From NCBI RefSeq assembly GCF_001194135.2, contig NC_069000.1:37941207-37987605 (forward strand): a stretch of DNA of 46,399 bases, written 5' to 3'. Positions 34,917 to 46,399 of the stretch are shown here, piece after piece. The position numbers were made by a program, and so were the translations under genes. The notes under the pieces were generated by a model. That model was not told the origin of the DNA, searched no databases, and saw only the letters and a program-made list of their open reading frames with translations. The first letter of the stretch is position 1. Each line of letters opens with the position of its first letter. This DNA comes from Octopus bimaculoides (taxonomy: Eukaryota).

Positions 34917-36440
34917 NNNNNNNNNNNNNNNNNNNNNNNNNNNNNNNNNNNNNNNNNNNNNNNNNNNNNNNNNNNNNNNNNNNNNNNNNNNNNNNNNNNN
35001 NNNNNNNNNNNNNNNNNNNNNNNNNNNNNNNNNNNNNNNNNNNNNNNNNNNNNNNNNNNNNNNNNNNNNNNNNNNNNNNNNNNNNNNNNNNNNNNNNNNN
35101 NNNNNNNNNNNNNNNNNNNNNNNNNNNNNNNNNNNNNNNNNNNNNNNNNNNNNNNNNNNNNNNNNNNNNNNNNNNNNNNNNNNNNNNNNNNNNNNNNNNN
35201 NNNNNNNNNNNNNNNNNNNNNNNNNNNNNNNNNNNNNNNNNNNNNNNNNNNNNNNNNNNNNNNNNNNNNNNNNNNNNNNNNNNNNNNNNNNNNNNNNNNN
35301 NNNNNNNNNNNNNNNNNNNNNNNNNNNNNNNNNNNNNNNNNNNNNNNNNNNNNNNNNNNNNNNNNNNNNNNNNNNNNNNNNNNNNNNNNNNNNNNNNNNN
35401 NNNNNNNNNNNNNNNNNNNNNNNNNNNNNNNNNNNNNNNNNNNNNNNNNNNNNNNNNNNNNNNNNNNNNNNNNNNNNNNNNNNNTTTTTTTTTTTTTTTT
35501 TTCCCCCTTAGAGACAAAAAAAAAAGACATTGATTCCTTTCACCCTTGACATTTTCAATACTCAATAACTGTGTTAATATCTGCTTATTTTTATTTTAAT
35601 CCCTGTGCATAACGTTTTTTTGAAGGGGCCATAAAAAATACCTTCATATTTATTATTTTCATCCTTTTTAATGGCTAAAAGGTAAAATGTCAAAACAAGT
35701 ACATATAAGCCCCATTTTATCTAAATTTCGGGTCTTTTTACGTGCATACACTTGTATATACATTTTACATTTTACATTACGGGGCAGGTCCTGCTGGTAG
35801 AGAACAGATCTCAATTGTCCATGATTATAATCCTTGATACCATTTCTGAGATTCTGTGACAGTTTATCAGTATTTCTTTTGAGTCATCATATTTTAAAAA
35901 AAAGTATGATGTTTGTGAATGTATATATATATAATTATATGAATTAGCCTAAGCTTTTTTGTCAATGGGAACTATTTGTATGAAGAGATAAGGTTAAAAA
36001 AAGTCAAATTCAAGGGTAAGATAACTCTTGCTTCTAAATTATTCAGGTTGACGACATATAGAGAAGCAGATGATGATGATGAAGAAGAAGAGGAAAAAGA
36101 AGAAGAACTTGCCTGAAGCTGACTCCTTCAATTATGTAAAACCATGCTTATAAATAATAAATAATTCCATTTGTTACTTTACATTAAAACTTACCGAAAA
36201 AAAAAAAAAAGAAAAAAATGTTTTAAAACCAAAATTTCAGGTTAATTTATTTGGAGGTTCAGATAACTTGCTTTATTACACACACACACACACACACATA
36301 TATGCACACATACACTTATATATGTATATGTATGTGTATTTGCATATATATATATGCATATATGAAATGAAAACAATTTATTAGGGAAACAATTATGTAA
36401 TCAACTTATGTGCATACATACATACACACACACAAATACT

Positions 36441-36473
<33 letters not shown>

Positions 36474-37266
36474 ATATGTGCACACATATGCAGTTATATG
36501 TACACACACACACATATAGATATACATACATGCACCCTCACATATATGCGTGTGTATATTCACACACATGCACACATATATATATATAAATATATACATA
36601 CACACTCAGTCACATGCATGTTTGTGTGTGTGTGTTAAATATATTTCTTCAGGTGTATGTATATTATTTTCCTAAAATGTTTGACCAATCATCCATATAA
36701 AGTAACAAATGAATATGTGACCAAATCTTGTGTCTTGAATGTATGTGTGTAAGGTAATATCTGCCATTCAGAGTAAAACCTAATTTTGGCCAAATTCTTT
36801 GAGCTTCAACTGGTTAGAATCATTTCACTTATTATGAACCTTTTGCGAAAGGCATGAATGCTGTATTTTCTCTGTGACTGTATGTTTGGCGAAATGAAAT
36901 CATTGTTGTTATGTATATACATATATTCAAAAATGAGGGAAAGGAGTTGATAAAACCCAGGCTTCATATGTTTCATAGCTAGTCGAACCTCAAAAGTAGT
37001 AAATTATTGAATGGAGGGGTAGACTACAAGCTACCCTTCAGGCCAGGGATACTTTAATTATATGAAGTTTACATTGTTGCTGGGAGACCCCTTGCTAACT
37101 TGTTGGAGATTCAATCAAAATCTATCTATATTTATCAGGCATATGCCATTAGTAATTGCTCAGGGTAGGCAGTTGGCGACCTTTATGTAGTAAAACACTC
37201 AAAAAAATAAGCAGAACACAGGCACACGACTGAGTTGATGCAGATCTATTTATGCCAAAATATATA

Positions 37267-37364
37267 TGGAGCCTGGTGTTGCCATCCGGTTTCACCAGTC
37301 CTCAGTCAAATCGTCCAACCCATGCTAGCATGGAAAGCGGACGTTAAACGATGATGATGATGAT
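37267..37364 (+). mobile_element. 5'-truncated young family A tail with an imperfect ~19-bp direct repeat flanking it
   Basis: agatctatttatgccaaaa (37242-37260) and agatctatatatgccgaaa (37365-37383). Confidence 0.85.
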
Positions 37365-37429
37365 AGATCTATATATGCCGAAAGGTTTGCAAGACACCAC
37401 CATGCCTTCATGCACACATCATCATCATT

Positions 37430-37590
37430 ATCTTCATCGTCATCGTTTAACATCCGTTTTCTATGCTGGCATGGATTGGACGGTTTGACAGGTCTGGAAA
37501 GCCAGTGGGCTGCACCAGGCTCCAGTCTGATCTGGCAATGTTTCTACAACTGGAGGCCCTTCCTAATGCCAACCACTCCGAGATGTAAGT
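37430..37590 (-). mobile_element. Family A tail
   Basis: catcgtttaacatccg...gcatggattggacgg...cccttcctaatgccaaccactccgag. Confidence 0.78.
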
Positions 37591-38188
37591 GCCCCAGCAT
37601 GGACACAACCTTGGGGCTAAAACATGTAAAAGAATACGTATATATGCATATATACATTATTTTAGTGATCTTTAGTATTAAAGCCTGCAGCTCTTGGGGA
37701 TCTACATATGAAAATATGACCGTTAGAAAATATTTAATTGTCGATGACCATTTTATCATTTTCTCTTACTTAAGAATGAAAGATAAACAACAAAAGATTG
37801 AGATAGAACAAAAAAAATAAACAACCACCAAGCAAACAAAGTCAATAAGCCAAATAAGTTATCTCTCTCATTCTAACTTCTCTCTTTCTCTCTCTCTACA
37901 TTTATATATATTAATGTTTGTTTTTATGGTTAGCTATAATAAAAACAATTTTACATTAATCTGATGGGTCACTCTATACTTTCGTAGAGTACAAATTTAT
38001 TACTCATATACAAAAATGTTGTTGACTGTGGCTTAGAAGTTTCAGCCAGCTAAGCTATCATTGGACTGCTGGCCGAAACTTCAAAGTCACTATCATCTAC
38101 ATTGTATAAGAATAGATATGTAACACACACACACACATATATATATATATATGTATGTAGAGAGAGAGAAATAGTTAGATAGATAGAT

Positions 38189-38242
<54 letters not shown>

Positions 38243-38672
38243 NNNNNNNNNNNNNNNNNNNNNNNNNNNNNNNNNNNNNNNNNNNNNNNNNNNNNNNNNN
38301 NNNNNNNNNNNNNNNNNNNNNNNNNNNNNNNNNNNNNNNNNNNNNNNNNNNNNNNNNNNNNNNNNNNNNNNNNNNNNNNNNNNNNNNNNNNNNNNNNNNN
38401 NNNNNNNNNNNNNNNNNNNNNNNNNNNNNNNNNNNNNNNNNNNNNNNNNNNNNNNNNNNNNNNNNNNNNNNNNNNNNNNNNNNNNNNNNNNNNNNNNNNN
38501 NNNNNNNNNNNNNNNNNNNNNNNNNNNNNNNNNNNNNNNNNNNNNNNNNNNNNNNNNNNNNNNNNNNNNNNNNNNNNNNNNNNNNNNNNNNNNNNNNNNN
38601 NNNNNNNNNNNNNNNNNNNNNNNNNNNNNNNNNNNNNNNNNNNNNNNNNNNNNNNNNNNNNNNNNNNNNNNN

Positions 38673-38712
<40 letters not shown>

Positions 38713-38716
<4 letters not shown>

Positions 38717-38960
38717 CTGGTGATTAGGGTGTTGCAGTCATGATTGCTAGATTGTGATTTCAATTCCTAGACCAGGTGCTGCATTGCATTCTTAAGTGAT
38801 ACACTTCATCTCATGTTGCTCTGTGATCACTTTGACACCTGACGTGCGGTACACATTGCACCTGTTCAGACAATGTCGATATGACAGAGCGAGTGAGCTA
38901 AAGTATGGCATGAACATTTGATCCCTATAAACAAATCGTTTGTGCACGTTGTTTGACAAG
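38713..38960 (+). mobile_element. tRNA-derived SINE (further family; reverse copy at 42200-42395, head fragment at 10017-10110)
   Basis: tggcctggtgattagggtgttgcagtcatga...ttcaattcctagacc head; mutual similarity of the copies. Confidence 0.65.
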
Positions 38961-38996
38961 AGCTGAACACTAACATATCGTCTTCAAGGGTAGAGC

Positions 38997-39029
<33 letters not shown>

Positions 39030-39912
39030 GGGAAAAATTGAAAAAGGGGACAAACGCTCAGGATGTTATTAAAACATTTATATCTTCATATCTTCTACAT
39101 CTGTTTCGATGGATGTATTCAAAATACGTCCGACCGGAAGAATTATGGTCAGCTATGCATCAATCTCACCAGGAAAGATACAAACAACAACACCCATCAA
39201 ATAGTCATTTTTACTGATATAGGAAGCCATAGAAAATGTCACTTATTTATATGCATATCCACGCACACACACATGCATACATAAACATATATATATATAT
39301 ATATTCACATTCACATATTTACACACACATCTCTCAGAAAGAATATTAATTGCTTAACTTCATGATAAACCTATATATAAATGATATTTAATACTTGATA
39401 TACCTGTAGACTGAACTACACAGGTCAATAAGATTCCTTATATGAAGTAAATTGAAGTTTGAGATGTATCACATTATGTCTGCTGGGAAGAAAAAACTTC
39501 ACATTGAGATAGTAATGAAGCTTATGTTTTTTTGCTGGTTGCATTTTTAAGGGGAAGTAACCAATAAATGCCTGAGATAAACCCTGCAGTAACAATGAAT
39601 GATTTCTTAGATTAAGAAGTTGTGTGTGTGTGTGAGTTTGTTTGTTGGTGTGTATGTGGGGGTGGGGGAATGGGCTGGAGTTTGGAGTATAGTTAGAAGC
39701 TACTGGAGGAATGAGTCTGTACTCTCTTCAATCCTAAGTGTTTCTCTCTCTCTCTCTCTCTGTCTGTCTATCTGTCTCACTCTCTGAAGTCAAATGGCAT
39801 TGATTGATCAACCATTGATTCATATCTCTGATAATCAAAAGAAGTAATTGTTTCACACACACACACACGCATCTGAGTGCATGTATGCAAATGTATACCT
39901 TTACAGGTTAAC

Positions 39913-39962
<50 letters not shown>

Positions 39963-40014
39963 CGTTTGTGTATTTGTCTAGGTCTAACTTTGTATATATA
40001 ATGTAGAAGTGCAT

Positions 40015-40049
<35 letters not shown>

Positions 40050-40993
40050 ATATATATATATATATATATGTATATGTATNNNNNNNNNNNNNNNNNNNNN
40101 NNNNNNNNNNNNNNNNNNNNNNNNNNNNNNNNNNNNNNNNNNNNNNNNNNNNNNNNNNNNNNNNNNNNNNNNNNNNNNNNNNNNNNNNNNNNNNNNNNNN
40201 NNNNNNNNNNNNNNNNNNNNNNNNNNNNNNNNNNNNNNNNNNNNNNNNNNNNNNNNNNNNNNNNNNNNNNNNNNNNNNNNNNNNNNNNNNNNNNNNNNNN
40301 NNNNNNNNNNNNNNNNNNNNNNNNNNNNNNNNNNNNNNNNNNNNNNNNNNNNNNNNNNNNNNNNNNNNNNNNNNNNNNNNNNNNNNNNNNNNNNNNNNNN
40401 NNNNNNNNNNNNNNNNNNNNNNNNNNNNNNNNNNNNNNNNNNNNNNNNNNNNNNNNNNNNNNNNNNNNNNNNNNNNNNNNNNNNNNNNNNNNNNNNNNNN
40501 NNNNNNNNNNNNNNNNNNNNNNNNNNNNNNNNNNNNNNNNNNNNNNNNNNNNNNNNNNNNNNNNNNNNNNNNNNNNNNNNNNNNNNNNNNNNNNNNNNNN
40601 NNNNNNNNNNNNNNNNNNNNNNNNNNNNNNNNNNNNNNNNNNNNNNNNNNNNNNNNNNNNNNNNNNNNNNNNNNNNNNNNNNNNNNNNNNNNNNNNNNNN
40701 NNNNNNNNNNNNNNNNNNNNNNNNNNNNNNNNNNNNNNNNNNNNNNNNNNNNNNNNNNNNNNNNNNNNNNNNNNNNNNNNNNNNNNNNNNNNNNNNNNNN
40801 NNNNNNNNNNNNNNNNNNNNNNNNNNNNNNNNNNNNNNNNNNNNNNNNNNNNNNNNNNNNNNNNNNNNNNNNNNNNNNNNNNNNNNNNNNNNNNNNNNNN
40901 NNNNNNNNNNNNNNNNNNNNNNNNNNNNNNNNNNNNNNNNNNNNNNNNNNNNNNNNNNNNNNNNNNNNNNNNNNNNNNNNNNNTATATATATA

Positions 40994-41213
40994 CACCATT
41001 TTGAGTGTGGCCGTTGCCAGTACCGCCTGACTGGCCTTCGTGCCTGTGACATGTAAAAGCACCCACTACACTCTAGGAGTGGTTGGCGTTAGGAAGGGCA
41101 TCCAGCTGTAGAAACTCTGCCAAATCAAATTGGAGCCTGGTGTAGCCATCGGGTTTCACCAGTCCTCAGTCAAATCGTCCAACCCATGCTAGCATGGAAA
41201 GCGGACGTTAAAC
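40994..41213 (+). mobile_element. SINE family A 3' half
   Basis: Matches 8475-8690. Confidence 0.88.
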
Positions 41214-41223
41214 TTACATACAT

Positions 41224-41256
<33 letters not shown>

Positions 41257-41531
41257 TATATATAAATACATACACACACACACATACACATGTCATTGTG
41301 GTTTTGGGGCATGAAGCAAAACAGGCCTTGCCATCCTCTCAAGAGAATACAAAGTAAATGATCCATAAGCGCTCAGGCAAACTGAGTCCTCAACTTGTTC
41401 TAAAGGGTTTGAAAGGAACCAGCAGGCCTCAAGAGACACATTTGGTGTCCATAGAACATGATTAACACTTTATTTTACTGTCATTCACGATAAGAGAATT
41501 CATCATATATGTACAGATATAAATATGACAG

Positions 41532-42040
41532 TTCCTTTCGAGCATTGGGCCTCATAGAAGCAAGTGGCTGAGTTTCTTTTGACTGTTGGGCCTCATGGAG
41601 GCAAGTGGCTCAGTTCCCTTCGAGCATTGGGCTCGATATATATATGGAGGCAAGTGGCTGAATTCCTTTCAAGTGTTGGACCTCACACAGGCAAGGTGGC
41701 CAAGTTCCTTTTGAGCATTGGGCCCCATGAGTGCAAACTGGCTTAGTTCCTTTCGAGTGTTGGGCTTTACGGACGCAATGACCAATACCTTTGGCATTAT
41801 GTCGTGTTTGAGAAGAAGACCCATCAAGCCAAGCAAAATCGTTGTCATGGCAGATACTAGTGTCACGTAAATGGCACATAAAATCGCTGATTACACTCTC
41901 GGAGTGGTTGGCGTTAGGAAGGGCATCCAGCCATAGAAAACCATGCCAAATCAGACTGGAGTCTGGTGCAGCCTTCCAGCATGCTAGCCCAGTCAAACTG
42001 TCCAACCCATGCCAGCATGGACAACGGACGTTAAATGATG
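41532..42040 (+). mobile_element. RTE-derived non-autonomous element: six ~41-42-bp tandem units + LINE ORF2 end + family A tail
   Basis: Units start at 41532, 41573, 41614, 41663, 41705 and 41747 (ttcctttcgagc.ttgggcctca.ggaggcaa-gtggctgag); a two-unit remnant lies at 13843-13920. Confidence 0.8.
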
Positions 42041-42410
42041 GTGTATATGTGTGGGTATATATATATATATTTATATATATATGTATATATATATATACCA
42101 TAGACTCTCCCATCGTTAGACAACACATGAGGGTTGAATAATTTCTTGCTGAACAATCACACAAATGATTTTTTTTTATAGTGATCAAATGTTTGTTTAC
42201 ATATAAACTCACACCTTTCATTGAATGCGCATTACCTGCACAGGTGCACCCTGTGCTGCATGTCAGGTAAAGAAATGATTGCAGAGCAATGTGAAATGAA
42301 GTGCTTTGCTGAAGAACAAGACACAATGCCTGGACTGGGAATCGAACCGACAATCTCGCAACTGTGAGTGCAACACCCTAACCACTAAGCCATGCATACA
42401 CACACACACA

Positions 42411-42642
42411 TCAGCGTGTCACAGTGTGACAAGGCTGACCCTTTGAATTACAGGCACAACAGAAACAGGAAGAAAGAGTGAGAGAAAGTTGTGGTGAAAA
42501 AGTACAGCGGGGTTCGCCACCATCCCCTGCCGGAGCCTCGTGGAGCTTTAGGTGTTTTCGCTCAATAAACACTCACAACGCCCGGTCTGGGAATCGAAAC
42601 CGCGAGTCCGCTGCCCTAACCACTGGGCCATTGCGCCTCCAC
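42411..42642 (-). mobile_element. SINE family B, 3'-truncated
   Basis: Reverse complement of 15929-16175. Confidence 0.88.
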
Positions 42643-43477
42643 ATGAGAACAAACATCAAGGGAGTTAACTCATACCTTCATTACTAATTCAGTTACATGA
42701 AACTATACGTTGTTTGAAAATTAGGCATAGCTTATTCTTTTACTGTTTACTGAATACAGACAGGATTATCTGATCTATGAATAAAGCAAGGTGTAACAGG
42801 GAAAAGGAAGAAAAAAATACTAAATATATAACAATTACAGCGTTGAAGACGCCATAACATTCAGAAACTGTTAACTCTACTTAAACATTTATTAGACGGT
42901 GTCATCAAATTATAAATGTTTAAGTGAAGTTAACAGTCTTTCAGTGTTTTTAAACGGTTAATATGTGTCTCCTACGCTGTAATTGTTTTAGTGTTTACCT
43001 ACAGTCTCTTTTGAAATCAATACATCTCCGAAAGTACTAACAATGTTTATCGAACAATATTGTCTCGCTATAATTCAAGACATTAGCAGTTACCTCCCCG
43101 AGACTGCAAATCTTATAATCGCCTCCAGCAGCATTTCTCTCATTTCAATACATTCTCGCAGAGATTTTAAACTTAGTGAAACAACCAAATCAATTTTTTC
43201 TGGCGGATTTTGATTTTTAGAAGACAGACGGAACGCCGCCGCTCAACATTTCGTCCAGCGTGTTAACGATTCTGCCAGATAAAAGATAAAAGACCAGAAA
43301 AGATATAAAAAATTTCATAGAGACTATCATTATTATAGAAGCGTTATTCAGGAAATTAAAATTGTCGCCCATTTCTAGTGTTATGAGCCAGCTACGTTTA
43401 TTACTTCATACTCTATGCTACATTATTCAGTTCGACGTATAAAACATTTACATAATTTTCTGTTGACAACACAAAGG

Positions 43478-43489
<12 letters not shown>

Positions 43490-43510
<21 letters not shown>

Positions 43511-44400
43511 NNNNNNNNNNNNNNNNNNNNNNNNNNNNNNNNNNNNNNNNNNNNNNNNNNNNNNNNNNNNNNNNNNNNNNNNNNNNNNNNNNNNNNNNNN
43601 NNNNNNNNNNNNNNNNNNNNNNNNNNNNNNNNNNNNNNNNNNNNNNNNNNNNNNNNNNNNNNNNNNNNNNNNNNNNNNNNNNNNNNNNNNNNNNNNNNNN
43701 NNNNNNNNNNNNNNNNNNNNNNNNNNNNNNNNNNNNNNNNNNNNNNNNNNNNNNNNNNNNNNNNNNNNNNNNNNNNNNNNNNNNNNNNNNNNNNNNNNNN
43801 NNNNNNNNNNNNNNNNNNNNNNNNNNNNNNNNNNNNNNNNNNNNNNNNNNNNNNNNNNNNNNNNNNNNNNNNNNNNNNNNNNNNNNNNNNNNNNNNNNNN
43901 NNNNNNNNNNNNNNNNNNNNNNNNNNNNNNNNNNNNNNNNNNNNNNNNNNNNNNNNNNNNNNNNNNNNNNNNNNNNNNNNNNNNNNNNNNNNNNNNNNNN
44001 NNNNNNNNNNNNNNNNNNNNNNNNNNNNNNNNNNNNNNNNNNNNNNNNNNNNNNNNNNNNNNNNNNNNNNNNNNNNNNNNNNNNNNNNNNNNNNNNNNNN
44101 NNNNNNNCATACATACATACATACATACATACATACATACATACATACAAACATACATACATACATACATACACGTATACATACAAACATACATACATAC
44201 ATACACACACACATGCATACATGCAAACATGCACGCATACATACATACACGGATACATACGCACATACGTACATACATACACACACATACATGCATACAT
44301 ACATGCATACATACACACATACGTACATACATACACACACATACATACATACACGGATACATACGCACATACATACATACATACATACATACATACATTC
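43490..44400. repeat. (CA)n/(TACA)n microsatellite region spanning an N-gap
   Basis: Directly visible on both sides of the gap. Confidence 0.9.
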
Positions 44401-44844
44401 ATAGCGGAAGGGTGTTAATAGAATTGGAATATTTACAATAGAGTAACGAACCTTCGTTTTAGAAGATTAATACCTGCTTATAAGCCCTTTGCACCTGCTT
44501 ATAAGCCCTTTGCTAAGCAATGCATGAGCTACACTAAAAAATTAAACAAAATCGAACCAACGCAAAAGAGCCGTCATAGGTTTTGAAAACAGAGAAAATG
44601 ATAGCTGGTTTACGGAAGACTGTTAGCCACATGACAATACTTATTGCTTGCAAACAAGCAAATCATTGTATGTCTCACCAACAAAAAGTGAAGGGGTAGA
44701 TAGATGTAATACTTGGAGGTAGAAATCATAGAACACTGAACTCTTCAAACAAGAGCTAAAGGCTGTCTGCGAGAAACTCCGATTTTAGAAGAAAGTAACC
44801 GACAGAAAAAACGTTAAACAAGAAACTAAAACGATCAATGGAAC

Positions 44845-45100
44845 AGCTTGCTCGTGAAATTAACGTGCAAGTGGCTGAGCGCTCCACAGACACGTATACC
44901 TTTAACGTAGTTCTCGGTGAGATTCAGCATGACACAGAGTGTGACAAGGCTGGCCCTTTGAATTACAGGTACAACTCATTTTTCCCAGCTGAGTGGACTG
45001 GAGCAACGTGAAATAAAGTGTCTTGCTCAAGGGCACAACGCGTCGCCGGGAATTGAACTCACGTGAACCCAACGAATGCCCTAACCAAGAAGCCAGGCGC
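44845..45100 (-). mobile_element. tRNA-derived SINE related to 10255-10531
   Basis: Reverse complement similarity, including the B-box-like gagttcaattcc. Confidence 0.8.
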
Positions 45101-45874
45101 CTTCACTACACACACACATACATATATATATGTATATGTGTGCATGTATATATGTATANNNNNNNNNNNNNNNNNNNNNNNNNNNNNNNNNNNNNNNNNN
45201 NNNNNNNNNNNNNNNNNNNNNNNNNNNNNNNNNNNNNNNNNNNNNNNNNNNNNNNNNNNNNNNNNNNNNNNNNNNNNNNNNNNNNNNNNNNNNNNNNNNN
45301 NNNNNNNNNNNNNNNNNNNNNNNNNNNNNNNNNNNNNNNNNNNNNNNNNNNNNNNNNNNNNNNNNNNNNNNNNNNNNNNNNNNNNNNNNNNNNNNNNNNN
45401 NNNNNNNNNNNNNNNNNNNNNNNNNNNNNNNNNNNNNNNNNNNNNNNNNNNNNNNNNNNNNNNNNNNNNNNNNNNNNNNNNNNNNNNNNNNNNNNNNNNN
45501 NNNNNNNNNNNNNNNNNNNNNNNNNNNNNNNNNNNNNNNNNNNNNNNNNNNNNNNNNNNNNNNNNNNNNNNNNNNNNNNNNNNNNNNNNNNNNNNNNNNN
45601 NNNNNNNNNNNNNNNNNNNNNNNNNNNNNNNNNNNNNNNNNNNNNNNNNNNNNNNNNNNNNNNNNNNNNNNNNNNNNNNNNNNNNNNNNNNNNNNNNNNN
45701 NNNNNNNNNNNNNNNNNATATATATATAAAATGGAACAAAAACGCAATAGAGGACATTAAAACATTCGGACAGGCAGACGATACAAAGGCGGACAAGAGA
45801 AACAACAGTTACACTTGAGATGGTTCGATCTGGTTGCTCCCAAAACGTCGAAGCTAAGAGCATTAGACCCCTTT

Positions 45875-46399
45875 GTCAATTGTTCTTCTTTCTCTGGTGA
45901 ATTCTATAAGCAATTCAGCGGTGTTACTATGGGCACCAGGATGGACCCCAATTATGCCAACCTCTTTGTAGGTCATGTAGAAGAGTAAATCTTTGCTCAC
46001 TTCCCTGGACCCATCCCAGAGCTTTATGGTCGTTACATTGACGACTGCATATGCGTCACAAGCCTTAACAGACAACAGCTCAACGATTTTATTTCTTTCG
46101 TTAACATATTTCACCCAGCCTCGATATTCACCCACACCATATCTGATACTTCTGTTTGTTTTCTTGACATCTCCGTCAAAATACACAATACCCACCTCTC
46201 CACCTCTGTCTACTATAAACTTACCGACTCCCATTCCTACCTCCACTACTGTTCCTCTCACCCCAAACACATTAAATCAGCACACACCTTTCCCTCAATT
46301 TCTTTGCCTTCGACGACTTTGCAGCATCGATTCGAATTTCGAATCCCATTGCAAAACGATGCGACAGGTTTTTCTGAATCGAGTGTATCCTCCATCAGT
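45875..46399 (+). mobile_element. Penelope-like element reverse-transcriptase relic (5'-truncated, runs off the window)
   Basis: FSGEFYKQFSGVTMGTRMDPNYANLFVG; LYGRYIDD (YIDD at 46034-46045); FLDI; YYKLTDSHSYL...SSHP; QFLCLRRLCS. One stop and one frameshift near 46280. Confidence 0.92.

Noticed and set aside
23909-35533. The 3874-aa ORF taken at face value, with TTG start and C-terminus FFFFFFPLRDKKKRH
   Set aside because: The track reads through two N-gaps of estimated length. The tail after 35485 is a poly-T/acceptor-like sequence, so the length and both termini are unreliable.
41532-41790. CRISPR-like periodic array
   Set aside because: Eukaryotic context, whole units are homologous (no unique spacers), no cas genes, and the array derives from a LINE tail.
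44472-44513. 21-bp tandem duplication acctgcttataagccctttgc x2
   Set aside because: Ordinary local slippage duplication with no supporting context.
45790-45860. Possible degenerate hammerhead upstream of the Penelope RT (cccaaaacgtcg)
   Set aside because: No CUGANGA core or stem I pairing can be recovered.

Overview
Eukaryotic, AT-rich, gap-ridden genomic scaffold. The (TA)n/(CA)n/(TATC)n microsatellites and the SINE/LINE repertoire point to an octopod cephalopod, probably Octopus (inference from memory of these repeats, not a search). One protein-coding locus is well supported: a stop-free ORF of about 9.3 kb (23870/23927-33167, +) that resumes after an N-gap (33731-34916). It encodes a very large protein with at least 8 copies, plus one degenerate copy, of an atypical zinc-finger module (C-x2-C-x9-H-x4-H plus a helical extension). 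Most copies are followed by a C-x2-C-x11-H-x3-C finger, and long acidic or low-complexity linkers separate them. The rest of the window is interspersed repeats: tRNA-derived SINEs, RTE-, Hero- and Penelope-type retroelement relics, a TA-flanked MITE, and three unrelated foldback elements. The paired arms of each foldback element reconstruct an outward-pointing minimal type-I hammerhead ribozyme; one has a G3:C8-swapped core and one has tRNA-like Pol III heads. All calls were made by eye; no database searches or folding programs were run.
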